Below, in pieces: positions 14,712-28,271 of a stretch of 64,000 bases of DNA. The position numbers were made by a program, and so were the translations under genes. This stretch comes from the human T2T-CHM13v2.0 reference genome, Homo sapiens. Below the pieces are notes generated by a model that was given only the letters and a program-made list of their open reading frames with translations, was not told the DNA's origin and made no database searches. How positions within the stretch are numbered: the stretch's first letter is position 1; every line of letters begins with the position of its first letter. Location: NCBI GenBank assembly GCA_009914755.4, contig CP068257.2, positions 37,888,001 through 37,952,000 on the forward strand, read 5' to 3'.

Positions 14712-15016
14712 GGGCCAGGTGTGGTGACTTATGCCTGTAATCCCAGCACTTTGGAAGGCCGAGGTGGGTGGATTGCCTGAGCCCAGGAGTTCAAGACCAA
14801 CCTGGGCAACATAGCAAGACCCCATCCCTACAAAAAATACAAAAATCAGCCAGGCATGGTTGCGTGTGCTTGTAGTTCCAGCTACTCGGGAGGCCAAAGT
14901 GGGAGGATTGCTTGAGCCAGCACTCTAGCCCAGCCCATTGATCACGCTACTGCTCTCCAGCCCGAGTGACAGAGCAAGACCCTTTCTCAAAAACAAAACA
15001 AAACAAAACAAAAAAA
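14712..15016 (+). mobile_element. Alu SINE (sense), right member of an inverted Alu pair, with (CAAAA)n tail
   Basis: 'gggccaggtgtggtgacttatgcctgtaatcccagcactttgg...' ending in (caaaa)n. Confidence 0.9.
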
Positions 15017-16859
15017 CCGCACCTCATTTAACTGTTAACACCTGTGCAAGCACGGCAAGTAGGTGTGAAGGGCCTGGTACATTGTAATAACAGAGAATGG
15101 CCATTAGGTGGCGATAAAAGACAAGCTTCTTGCTATGGTGTCGCTGCCCCCGAGGTCCCCTGGCTGTGAACCCGAGTCAGGGTACTGCTAGTTGACATTA
15201 GAAGGTGGGAAGAGGTATTTGTCAACCAGATGGAGGAAAATAGACAAAAACTCTACTTATAATTAATTTGTGAATTAATTAGTGTATCATTTATAAAGCT
15301 TTTATCCAAGATAACTTTATTTTGGGCCAAATGTGCATTTATTGTTTGAATGCACATCCTTGCATTATACAAAAGGAGCCTAAATTCAGTCAACAACTGA
15401 TTGCATGTTGACAATTTTGATAAAGATACGGGGTCTTTTAGCCTCTAATGGGGTTCTATCTTATCAAATAAGTAAAAACAGAACTCTGATTATTGAAGGG
15501 GTTGATTATCCTTTTCTTTCGCAAGACTTTTAGTTCGAATAGAACATATGTCCAAATATTTGGAAATATATTCACGATCCTAACAAAGGCATTCCTTTCA
15601 CAGTTGTCTAGGTTACTTGGCTTTTTCACTACTTTGTTTTGGAAGGACTTTCTTGGAAGTAGTAAAACTGAGTTGGGAAATCTTTAAAATGTATCAGTGC
15701 ATCTGGCTGTTTTCCAAATCAGAAGTCAGGAGATTGTTCAATGATGCGGAAATGTACTCAGGTGTGGAAGATTCCAGTTGGGGAGGGGCTCAGGTGGACA
15801 GGTGTGAGTAGCATAGAGGGGGCGTGGAGTGGGGGCTTAACCTGGGGGGCTCCTGGTTCCAGTCCGGCATTCTGTAGATTTAGCACCCGGATCTTGTCAG
15901 GGGAGGTGAGAGAAACCTCCGAGGCAGACTCCCATGAATCAAGCTCACAGTCTAGGCTTACAATCAGGGTGTGGGCTTTCCTATTATTTTTATTCACTAA
16001 CACTAACGGAGTGCCTGCTATGAGCCGGGCTCTGTATTAAAGGCTTCGTGTGTTGCCACAGTAACCCGATGAGGTGGATACCATCTTTATCTGGCAAGGA
16101 GGAAACTGAGGCACCGGGTTTCAATTCAGTACTTCGGCAATGGCTGAACCGAAGCTGAGATATACCTGTGTCCCACTCCAAAGCCACGAACAGCCTTCCC
16201 AACAAGCCCTTTCCTCTCGGTCCTGGACCACAGTACGGTTCCTCTACGGTGCCTGGCTGGCCGTGGGCAGTGTGCGCCTTGGCCCCAGAGCGCCTCCTCC
16301 GCCTGGCTTTGGTCCTCGCATTCTGTCTTCAGACTCGATGCCGTTCGGGCCCTGGTGCAAGGTGCCTTGCCCTTCTCACTTACTATCCACCTATTTTGTT
16401 TTCTTAGTTGCACCATCAGAGGTCTATTCCATTACCTTCATCTTCCAGTTCTTTGGGCCGCTAGCTGTGGCCGCCACCACCAGCGCCAGTTACAGAGGGA
16501 ACTGGGTCACTGTCCACCCACAGGGTTCTAGAAATTGGTCAGTGGCCTCAGATCCGAAGTTTCAGGTTGCAGAGAGAAAATACTAAAACTGCCACCTGCC
16601 TTTTCCAGCCTGGTTGTCCTTGGATATATCTTGCCCACTGATGCGGAAGGACACACACACACCAATAACTCATTTGGTTCTGAGCTATCAACTGCCACGC
16701 AGTGATGTGCCAGAGTTGCAACCAGCCCCACATGGTATTTTTAGCTGAGAGAACAACTCCTTCTAGTTGAGGATGGTTTAATGAGTGCGTCTTAATCCCA
16801 TGACATGAATTTTAGTTCGTTTTGTAGCAGGTCAGGTTTCTCTGTAGTCCCTGCTTTTT

Positions 16860-19800
16860 AAAAAATTATTTTTAATTTTAAATTAAAAATTTTGTGGGTA
16901 CATAGGTGTATATATTTATGGGTTATATGAGATATTTTGGTACAAGCATGCATTTTGTTTTTTTGGGAAAGTTTTTATTTCTCCTTCATGTTTGAAGGAT
17001 ATTTCCACTGCATGTACTATTCTGGGGTAAGTATTTTCCCTTCAGCACTTCAAATATGCCATGTCACTTTCTCCTGGCTTGTAAGGTTTCTACTGAAAAG
17101 TCTGTTGGAGGTCCATTGTACGTTATTTGTTTCTTTTATCTTGCTGCTTTTAAGATCTTTTCTTTATCCTTGACCTTTGGGAATTTGACTATAAATGCCT
17201 CGAGGTAGTCTTCTTTGGGTTAAATCTGCTTAGTGTTCTATAACTGCCTTGTACTTGGATATTGATACCTTTCTCTAGGTATGGGAAACTCTGTTACCTT
17301 CCCTTTGAATAAACTTTCTGTCCCTACCTTTTTCTCTACCTCCTCTTTAAGGCTAATAACTATTAGGTTTACCCCTTTAGGCTACTTTCTAGATCCTGTA
17401 GGATTGCTTCATTGTTCTTTATTCTTTTTTCTTCTCTGTGTATTTTCTTATTTTTGATGCACTTTTTGTTTCAATAATTTTTGGGGTACAGGTAGTTTTT
17501 GTTTACATAGATACGTTCTTTAGTGGTGATTTGTGAGATTCTAGTGCACCTGTCACCCAAGCAGTGTACCTAATATGTAGGCTTTTATCCCTCAACCCCC
17601 TCCCAAACATCCCCTCAATCCCTTAAATTTCATTATATCATTGTTATGCCTTTGTGTCCTCACAGCTTAGTGCTCCCTTATAAGTGAGAACACATGATAT
17701 TTGGTTTTTGATTCCCGAGTTACTTCACTTAGAATAATGGCCTCCAGCTCCATCTAAGTTTGCTGCAAATGACATTATTTCATTCCTTTTTATGGATGAG
17801 TAGTGTTCCGTGGTTGTATATATACCACATTTTCTTTATCCACTTGTTGGTTGATGGGCACTTAGGTTAGTTCTATATCTTTGCAATTGTGAATTGTGCT
17901 GCTATAAACATGCATGCGCATGTGTCCATTTCATACAATAAGTTCTTTTCCTTTGGGTAGATACCCAGTAGTGGGATTGCTGGGTCAAATGGTAGTTCTA
18001 TGTATGTAGTCTGGAGATTCTTTTAAGAATCTCCATTCAGTTTTCCATAGTGATTGCACTATTTTACATTCCTACTGGTGGTGTAAAAGTGTTCACCATA
18101 TCTATACCAACATCTATTGTTTTTTGACTTTTTCATTATGGCCATTCTTGCAGCAGTAATGTAGCATCTCATTGTGGTTTTAACTTGCATTTCCCTGCAT
18201 TCGTGATGTTGAGCATTTTTTTTGTATGTTTGTTGGCTGTTTGTCTTCTTTTGAGAAATGTCTATTCATGTCCTTTCCCACTTTTTGATGGGTTATTTGT
18301 TCTTTTCTTGATGATTTGTTTGAGTTCCTTCACCAGTTATACTAGGTATGGCCATTTTACATAATCCCATATTTCTTGGAGATTTTGTTCATTTATTTTG
18401 ATTCTGATTGGGTTAATTCAAAAGCCTTGTCTTCAGGCTCTGAAATTCTTTCTTCTACTTGTTCTAGTCTATTCTTAAAACTTTTCACTGCATTTTGTAT
18501 TTCCCTAAGTGTGTCTTTAATTTCCAGGAGTTCTAATTGGTTTTTCTTTATGATACCCATCTTTCTGGAAAATTTTTCATTCATATCCTGAATTTTAAAA
18601 AATTCCTTTATTTTGTTTTTCACCTTTCTCTGGTATCTCCTTGAGTAGCTTAATAATCAATCTTCTGAATTCTGTGTCTGCTATTTCAAGGATTTTAGAT
18701 TGGTTTGAATTCATTGCTAGGGAGCTAGTGTGATCTTTTGGGGTGTTATTGAACCCTATTCTGTCATATTACCAGAATTAATTCTCTGGTTCTTTCTCAT
18801 TTGGGTAGACTATTTTTTCAAATTGTTCTTGAATGTATTTGACTGTATTTTTTTCTTTAATTTCTTTTTTTTTTTCTCTTAAGGGTCTGACTTCAATGTT
18901 TATAGTTTATTATAGCCTAATTTGATTCTTGGTGATTTTAGGGGGGAAGACTCCGTATGAGTTCCTTAGTTATAGAGAGTCTTTGTGTGCTGGCTTTCCC
19001 AGATGTTGGCTGTAGTATTTATGTACTTGGTGTATGGGCAAGTTCACTGTCTCCTACATGGTTGGAATAGCAAGGATCTCTTGAAGCTTATCTCATTCTC
19101 CCATTGTGAACAGTTTTTAAATGTATTTGATTTTTCCCCAGCATTTTATTTACTGAGTTGATGATTTAGGCTTCAGGCCAGTAGAGGAGGTAACCCTGGG
19201 TAGACACCAGTTGTAGCTAAAACAGGTAGGTAGCTGTAATACCCAGTGGTGGGCGCAGGTTCCAGCCTTGATGAAGGTGTCTGAGGGAGCTCTCAATTAG
19301 ATGTCTAAGGTTTTATCAGGGTAAAGGGTGGGAGCTACCTCAGCTCCCCTGCCAGGCCAGCAGGAAAACTACTTACCTCCCAGCTTCACTCCTGTCCCAG
19401 TGTTCTGGCTATTCAGATCAGACAAGCACTTCTTTTCATCTGTAGGAATGTTGATGTTCCAAGTAGAGAGGGGTTGTGACTCTGCCTCCCACGCAAGCCT
19501 AAATCTGAGGAGTGCTCCTCCTGTGGGGATGCTATCACCCTGAATTGTACCAGAAGGCTGACCATAGGTGCATCCATGCTGCATACCCATGAGAGAAGCA
19601 CCAGCTGTGTCTGCAATGGTGTACCAGAGAAGAACAAGAACCCCTTTTCCAAGACCCTTCATGTACAGACAGGCTGCCTGCCTACTGGGGCAGACTTTCC
19701 CTACTGTCCCTAGCAATGCAATTGTATCTCTGAAACTTCCCATTAGTGGATAGATCTGGGACTCAAGACCTGCTGTTTAGATTCTTTCATCTGGGTATTC

Positions 19801-21480
19801 TTCCCTTTGATGTTGTATTCCTCCTCTTCCCTAAAAATGGGAATTCCTGAGAACCATACTATAGGGATTGTTATTGCTCTCCTGGGTCTAGCCACCCAGT
19901 GGGGCTACCAGATTCCAGGCTGGTGTTAGGAAATGTCTACAAGGGATCCAGTAATGTGACCTGTCTTCAAGTCTCCCATCTGTAGATACCAGCACCAGCT
20001 CTGATGGAGGTGGCAGGGGAGCAATGTGGATTCTGTGAGATTCCTTGGTTGTAGATAGGCTTAGTGTGTTGGCTTTCTTGAATGCTGGTTATAATTGTAG
20101 TGAACTTGTCATGTGGATAGACTCAAGACCTCTGGTTAGCCAGGGTGCTGTATGCAGAGGTGATAGCTGAGGTCACATGACTGTTTTCTCCTTCCTGGGC
20201 ACAGTGTTATTCTACTCAGAAGTGCTACAATGGACTGTGTTGGTTGGCCTCCATCCAGGAGGTGGTGATTGCCAAAGAGCACTAGCTGTGGTAGTAACAG
20301 TGGGATTTGAGCTTGCCCTAAGTTGCCCTGGGAAAGTATTCTGGTTTCTCAGGCAATGGGTGAGGCTATAAAACTCCCCAAAATTTATGTCCTTTGTGTA
20401 AAGCTACTAGAGTGGGTGGAGGGGCACAACCAGGTTGGGGCAGGGTTAGGCAGGTCTGCACTCTGACTCTCCTTGAGCAGGGTTAGTGACAGCTCCCGCA
20501 AGGGTTGGGGAAATTTTTTTCATGCTGCTTGGGTAATGTTCTGGAGAGGAGCATAACTGCCTCTGCTGCACAGGACAGTTTGCAAAGGGAGTGGGGAAAA
20601 GTGGGTAGCAGTAAGTCTCATGCAGCTCCCATGCATTTGGCAAGGCTGATCTCACTCCTGCAGTACTCTGCTAACAGTGCTGGGTTAGATCCAGGCAGTC
20701 TGTGCACAGAGCTGCGCCAGGCCATCAGCTTCCCTGCACAGATAGCAATCTTGGCTTTCAGGTCACACTGTTCCCCATCTGCCCACAAGGCTGGGTACCC
20801 AGCTCCTGAGGGTAGTGTCTGTAGAGCACTTGCCATTCACCCCTCCCTAGATTCTGCTCAAGGGAATTTGTCCCCACCTGAGATTATATTATAAAATTCA
20901 GTTGAAAACTTCTTAATTCAGTTGAAAGCTTCTTTTAAGTTGTGACCCCTCCCTGAGTTCGTTGGCTGACTTCTCTGAGGACCCCTGTGGGATATAATCA
21001 GGAATGGCTTCCCCCAGTTCATGCTGGAGACTGGGAATGCCTGCAAGGCACTTCCTGCTGCTGCTTCCACTTTTATCTTTCATGTCACTCCCTGAGTCTG
21101 TTCCAGCTCTGGGTAGAGTTAAGACCTTCTCCCATGGCCTGGATTTTCAGATTCCATGGTGGGTGTGTGTGCTCTGGAGGCAGACTCTCCCCCTCTCACA
21201 CTCCGGGGACTTAAACAGTTTCTTACTTGTCTCATAGGGTAGGCTGCAGCCTGCCACTTCTTTCAAAGGTCTGTGGATTCTTTTGGTTTTCTTGTTAAGT
21301 TCCTGCTTTGATTCTTGGAAAAAAAAAATTCATTGTGAATCTCTACACAGTATTCTTTCCTTCCAAATATGAGAGACACACTAACACTGCCTCCGATCTG
21401 CCATCTTGGAAAAAAACCTGACTGTGTATTTGCAAATAGCCTGTCTTCAAGCTCACTGATTCCTTATTCTGCTTGATCAA
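16860..21480 (-). mobile_element. Compound or nested LINE-1 cluster (older L1P/L1PB-like), antisense
   Basis: Left to right: L1P 3'-end antisense (about 16865-16990), ORF2 N-terminal antisense (16990-17455), a second L1 3'UTR plus ORF2 C-terminal antisense block (17455-18340), the ORF2-start/ORF1 region, and a long 5'UTR-like region. Orientation and order fit either a nested L1 insertion into an L1 or an L1 with an ORF2 deletion. Confidence 0.7.
18393..18623 (-). pseudogene. L1 ORF1p coiled-coil remnant (…MNEKFSRKMGIIKKNQLELLEIKDTLREIQNAVKSFKNRLEQVEERISEPEDKAFELTQSE…)
   Basis: The six-frame translation matches the characteristic L1 ORF1 protein coiled-coil segment of older L1P/L1M families. 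Confidence 0.8.
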
Positions 21481-21505
21481 TTCTGCTATTAAAAAACTCT
21501 GATGA

Positions 21506-21797
21506 GGCTGGGCATGGTGGCTCACGCCTGTAATCCCAGTACTCTGGGAGGCCGAGGTGGGCGGATCACGAGATCAGGAGATCGAGACCATCCTGGCTAA
21601 CACAGTGAAACCCCATCTCTACTAAAAATATAAAAAATTAGCTGGGCATGGTGGCAGGCACCTGTAGTCCCAGCTACTCAGGAGGCTGAGGCAGGAAAAT
21701 GGCATGAACCTGAGAGGTGGAGCTTGCAGTGAGCCAAGATCACTGCACTGCACTCTAGCCTGGGAGACAGAGCAACACTCTGTCTCAAAAAAATAGA
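21506..21797 (+). mobile_element. Alu SINE (sense) inserted into the L1 cluster, with TSD 'aaactctgatga'
   Basis: Alu consensus match. Direct repeats at 21494-21505 and 21801-21812. Confidence 0.92.
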
Positions 21798-22684
21798 ACA
21801 AAACTCTGATGAATTCTTCAGTATGCCAATTGCATTAGAAGTCTACCTAGTATTCTATTGTACTGCAGCCAAGCTGGCACTCAAATCATTAGACACAGTC
21901 TCTCCCGTTTCAACAGGCAGAGGAGCCTCAGTCACATGGCCACTATTGCCACAGGCCCACGAGGAGTACTGCCAGGCTCCTGCCAACGTTCACTTAAGGC
22001 CCAAGGGCTCTTCAGTCAGTTTGTGGCTCTTCAGTCAGATTCTGGTTAGGCCCCAGGAACTAGAGTCTTTTTAAAAGCTCCCCCAGCCTGCTGCCTTGAA
22101 GGATGCTGAAGTCCCTGCACTTGCTAACACCAACAGCCCAGGGGAGCTGGGTCCTGCCTCCACCAGCATTCCAGTGGTGGAGCTTCAATGAGGCTGGGCA
22201 CCATGTACAGTGCCGAAGACCTCCTGATCACTCATGGGTACAAACTGTTGAGAGACCTCCCAGCACCACGCAGGGATAACCCTGAGGGATGCCAGCCAGC
22301 AAAGACAAGGATGCGAGTGGTCTGTGGCCTGCTGAATAGGCATGAGGATGGCCCTGCGGCCTTTGCACATCATAAGACACCTGCTGGGAAAGGGCGTGGG
22401 AGTGACTCTGAAAGCTGCCGCGCCACACTGAGAGGCCACGGGGATCCCCAGAGCACTTCTGCTTCTAGAACCTCTGAGGCAGGGCTTCATAATCAACCAA
22501 CCCCAGACTGTTAATGACCAAGCCAACTGGAGAAGAGGAGCGCGGGAAGTCAGCAGCCTGCTGGGTCCGAGGGACCCAGAAGACCTGCAGGAATGACCCA
22601 AGCCCACAGTCCGCCCGTCCACATGAGGCAGCGTCCATAGGAAGTCAGAGGAAGGGCAGAGGATGTGACGAATAAGACAACTTG

Positions 22685-22981
22685 GGGCCGGGTGCAGTGG
22701 CTCACTTCTGTAATCCCAGCACTTTGGGAGGCTGAGAGGGGTGGATCACTTGAGGTCAGGAGTTCGAGACCAGCCTGGCCAACATGATGAAACCCCGTCT
22801 CTACTAAAAGTACAAAAATTAGCCTGGTGTGGTGGTGGGAGCCTGTAATCCCAGCTACTTGGGAGACTGAGGCAGGAGGATCGCTTGAACTCAGAAGGCA
22901 GGGGTTTGAGCTGAGAACACACCACTGCACTCAGCCTGGGCAACAGAGAGAAACTCGGTCTCAAATAAATAGATAAATAAG
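22685..22981 (+). mobile_element. Alu SINE (sense) with (AAAT)n tail
   Basis: 'ggccgggtgcagtggctcacttctgtaatcccagcactttgggaggctgag…gcactcagcctgggcaacagagagaaactcggtctcaaataaatagataaataag'. Confidence 0.9.
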
Positions 22982-25900
22982 AAGGCAGCTTGGGAAGAAG
23001 AATTGAGAATGTTGGGTCCTGCCAAGTGGCTGAACGTCTGCAACCAGCCAAGGAAATTCAGGTGGCGGGTGTCTGATGGTGATGGGAAGAAATTATTTCA
23101 AGATCTGTTACTGTTCATTCAAGGAGAACACGTGTCGAATTCTCAAAACAAAGAGAAATCCCAATTATTGCCTAGAACTCTCCCCTCTCCCACCCCCATA
23201 GCCCTCCGACCCACAGCCTGAATTGCACAGAAATTTCCATTCCATTAAATGACAGACATTTACCTAAAATGTCACAGTATTCTCCCAATTATGCAACAAA
23301 TTTGAAATTCACAAGTGACCCTGAGAAGGGTGGCTCCTTGGCCTCTTTTCTTCAGCCTAAGTTTGGGAGACCCCTCAAGCCCCCATCTGACGGCTTGCAC
23401 CACCAGTCCCATAGGGAGTAGAAAGTGGTGACTATCAGGACAGCCAGCAGCGGATCCATAAGTCCCCAGGCATGAGCTCTGCATGTCTGACTTTGGATTG
23501 GAGCCTCCAGTAGGTACCTCCACCATCACACAGGTCCCCCCCCAGCACATCCCAAGCCCCTACTTGGAAGACACAGTGCTCACTCATATGTGGCATTCAC
23601 GGTCAGCAGCAGCCTCCAACTGAGAAGGCCGGGCTGGTGGTCGGCTTCCTTGTGGCCCCCTTGGAACTGGGCCCTGCAAACACCCTCTTACCTCAGGGCT
23701 CCCTCCACACCTCCAATCTGCCACTGCCCATGACAGCTTCATTCAGTACATTCCCTTTGATGAACCAAGGATATGACATATCAAACCAGCTCAACCCCAG
23801 GGTTTCTTTGAGGACACAAGGTTTGGTGATGAATCTTATAACTCCAGTCCTGTCACTGACCAAGAGCCAGCTCATGGAAAAATGCTGATGGTGCCATTTG
23901 GAATCCACAGAGCCTGATAGCCTTGTCAGGGAATAAGAGAGGCCCGGCCTTGGCTGATCCTAGCCCCTTGTGGCCATGGGTCCAGCTTCCCAGAAATAGA
24001 GAAAATGGTGGCTTTCCTGACCAAAGAGACAGCTGTGTCATGAGAGGATGGCAGCCTGACGTGAGGGGCAGCCCTCACAGACACGCAGAAAGCCAAGTTT
24101 CTTCCCCAAGCCCACAGGGCGAGGGCACTCATGAAACTCAAACCAAACTCAAAAAGTTTGAAACTGGGATTCGGACCAAGAAAAGTTCAAAGAAGTAAAT
24201 GAAAACCAAACAAAAAACAAGACTGTATTTTGTTTGATTTTCATCCCTGTGAAATCAGAATCACAGCTGCCAGATACAGGTACGGACAACAATGACTTAA
24301 ATCTGAGTGGGTCTGATGAGAGCACAGCTCTGCAACCACAGAGTCTGCTGAGCATGTCCTCCAGCGACCTGGGGCTGCAGGCTGTCACAGGAAGCATGGG
24401 TGGGAGAATGGAGCTCCAGAAACAAGATCTGGGGGTGGGGATCAGAAGAAGATAAAGCAATCAATGACCTTGGATTCATTTACCTTACAAAGCACAGTGA
24501 ACTCCAGCATTCTGGCTCTTGGCCAGGGCACCAGTACAGAGATCAGCAAACACAAACCAGTTTCCCCAAAGAATCCCAAAGCTCGCAGCTCCTTCCTGTT
24601 GCAAAGCTGGGAGGGTCTAGTGTGTCCCTGACTCCAAAATGTTTGGACCCTGCTGCCTCCGAAGCTCAGATGCACACGGCAGTCCCTTCTGGTGACCACA
24701 AATAGAGGTGAAGTGCCTGCAACCTGAAAGGTCACAGGTCCCTCAGCCCAGCCGGCAACAGTGCTTTTCCAAGGACTTCCTTGTCCATAAATCAGGCACT
24801 GATGACAAAAGCAGGCTGAAGTCAGCCCTGTGTGGGTGTCTGTGGGCATGCAGTCCATCCCGGCCCAAGTGGGAGGTGGTGAAGGAGGTACCCACATGTC
24901 TGTGCAACAGCAAACAATGATTTGGGCGTTTTCTCCTGACACCAGTCAGCCATTGTGCCTGGGCTTATTAAGTTAACAAGTAAGTTTTAACAAGGAGCTT
25001 CAAGAAGACAAAGAAGGAAGACAAAGAAAACAGCTGCTGCGGCAATGAGGAAACGGAGGCGGAACAGCAGCAGGAAAACTGTGCTGACCCCAGACTGGAG
25101 AATTCAGGCTTCTGTGCAAACAGCCCGGAAATGAGTTGAGCAACAGCCAAGGATGTGGGTGCTGGAGGACCCTGGGTTTAGTTGGGAAAAGGTAGACATA
25201 AGTCTGAGAGCTGAGGTGAGGAGCTGGAACCTGGCCACCTGCGTGTCTGGCCTCTGTCCCTGGGTCCCTCTCAGGTGGAGACGACAGCCATGCATCCTCC
25301 GGGCAGCAGATGAAAGCTTGAGAGCAGAAGAGAGACACCAGAAGGTTGGCAATGGAGGTAATGAGCCCAGGTCCTGCAAAGAGAGTGATGTCTTCAAGAT
25401 CAAGTGACACAAAACCAGTGCCCCTCTCCTATCCGGCTGAGCCAAGGCGTCCCAGGAAAGTCAGAAACTTACCAGCACTTTCAGTTCCGTGAAACTGAGT
25501 GAAGTGGCCCCTTGGAAGGTTGATAGTGGTGGAGAGAGGGACACAGTGCTCCCGCTGTCCCTGACTAACCAGAACCGAGGGCTCTTGGCACCAGACTTTA
25601 CAGGCTATGGTGTTCACCACAGGGCAAGAGTAGAGTGAGCCAGCAAGCTAGAGGGGTCTTTGAGGGAAGTGGATGCAATAGAAACCCTCCAGGCAAGTCC
25701 CTGCAAGTGAGGGCTGTGAGGATCCTGGGCATTGAATGGCGGTGGCATTTCTCCTGCCAGTGCCCTGAGGGTGGAGGCAGAACCAGCCTCCCTGAGGTGA
25801 GCGTCTGCAGCCCAGAGGCCCCCAGGCAAGAGTCGCTGTCCAGCTCAGCACTGGCTGATGGCCTTATGGTGTCCACTGGTGCCTTTTATGGCAGGAGAAA

Positions 25901-26743
25901 GTGTGGCTGGACTGAAAGCCCTCTCTTGGTAGGGGAAGGGAACAGTGCCACGTGGGCTCCCCAGGCTTCTGAGCACTCAGACCTCACTTAGGGTTGTCAC
26001 CAATGGAGCTTCCAGCCTTGAGTCTCAGGCTAACCCCTTGGAGTCCAAGTCCTTAAAGGAAGTGGGGGCAAAACTGCCCTTCATATTCACTTTGTTCTAC
26101 TTCATAGAGAGGACTCCAAGTGTAGCAGACTCAGAAAAGAGGCTCAGAAGTGCTTTCAAAGTGATTGAAAGTTCGCAAGAGAAACTGGCTTCCCCCTGGC
26201 CAGGAGAGCAGACCCTGCCACCTGATGAGAATGGAAGAGGTGTGTTGAGTGTCTATTGAGCTTCAGGAGTGCTGACTCCCTGGAGGAGGTGGAGGGACTG
26301 AAGGCTTGGAGGGGCCAGGTCCACCTCCCAGAAGGCTCTGTGTCTCTGAGAGGCAGGGACGACAGGTTCAGAGTTGGCCACTCACTATCTTTCTCCAAGG
26401 ATGGTATCTCACGGGAAGAAAATGAGCATCTGGTGTCCAGATTCGTATGACCCTAGCAGAGAGGAGAGACTGTGATGAGATGCCAGTGACGCTTGCGTGC
26501 GTTTGCTGATGGAGTATTCTCTTATTTGTTGTTGTTTTCTTTTCCTTTTCTCTTTCTTCACTGTTCATCTGCAAGAGCATTCTCTGATTCCGTCTATGTA
26601 GGATCTGGAAACTGCTGGTTTTTAATGTACTGATGACATTCTTTACCACTGTCACTAGGAAACTTACCATCCACACAGAATTGCTTTGTGGAGATAAAGC
26701 AATAGTCCGTTGAAATAATCCTTTTTTAAAAAATTAAATTTAA

Positions 26744-27043
<300 letters not shown>

Positions 27044-27067
27044 TTTATTAAATTTTAAAAAATAAAT

Positions 27068-27175
27068 GAGACGAGGTCTCACTGTGTTGCTCAGGCTGGT
27101 CTCGACTCCTGAGCTCTAGTAATCTGCTAGCCTCCCAAAGTGCTAGGAGTATAGGCGTTAGCCACCATGCCCGGC
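27068..27175 (-). mobile_element. Alu monomer fragment (FLAM/left-arm-like, antisense)
   Basis: 'gagacgaggtctcactgtgttgctcaggctggtctcgactcctgagctc…tgctaggagtataggcgttagccaccatgcccggc'. Confidence 0.75.
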
Positions 27176-27434
27176 TGAAATCATTTTTTATAGCATGAAG
27201 ATTTAATGCCTATAATTAGGAAAGAGTTTTCACAGAAACCCTCCTTCATGAAGGATTTGGCCAAACTGGCAAATAGTTTGGTGTTTCTGTGGTTCTGTGT
27301 GAAAATTTAGACACAGAAGATCTAGTGAACGATTTTAAAGGACTGTGAATGCCACACATTCTCCTTCGTGTCTCCGTGCCCTGTGGCCCATGCTCAGTCT
27401 TTGCAGACGTAATCAAGTTAAGATGAACTGACTC

Positions 27435-27711
<277 letters not shown>

Positions 27712-28271
27712 CTAACGAGAGGAAACCCCATGTGAAGACAGAGACACTTAGGGAGAACGCCCTGTAACGACACAGGCAGAGATCAGAGGAATGAGGCTGC
27801 AAAACACGGGGCGGGAAGGATTGGCAGCTGCCAGCAGAAGCCAGGAAGAGGCAGAGGATTCTAAGCAGAGCCTCAGAGGGGGCGTGGCCCTGCTGACTCC
27901 TTTGATTTCAGACTTCTGGCCTCTAGAACTGTCAGAGAGTAAATTTCTTTGTCTTAAGCCATCCATCTGTGGTGCTTTGTCAGGACATCCCAGGACACTG
28001 ACGTGCTTGGCTTCTGTGATTCTTTCCGTTCCTACCTCTCCCTCCATCTCTGCCTTTCCTTTCACTTTTCACCCTTTAAATAGGAAAATTTCTGAAGGAC
28101 CAGTCCGTGGCTCTCTATTCTTCTCCATTGATTCTTTCTTCTTTGGCAATTTCTTTCATTTTCATGGTTTTGCTATAGATCCTGATGATTCTCAAGTCCT
28201 GTGTTAGCGAGGCTATTGGTTGCAAAGGTTGGGGCCTCCCTCAAGCCACCTTTAAAAAAGGATGCTTACCC

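Noticed and set aside
24442-24942. ORFs of 166 aa (-) and similar 100-145-aa ORFs in the repeat-free, GC-richer stretch 22.1-26.5 kb
   Set aside because: I found no recognisable domain, no codon-usage periodicity and no consensus splice sites flanking them. GC-rich DNA produces ORFs of this size by chance. I cannot exclude small exons without expression or conservation data, and one segment (about 25280-25400, minus) encodes a hydrophobic TM-like stretch, but this is not enough to call a gene.
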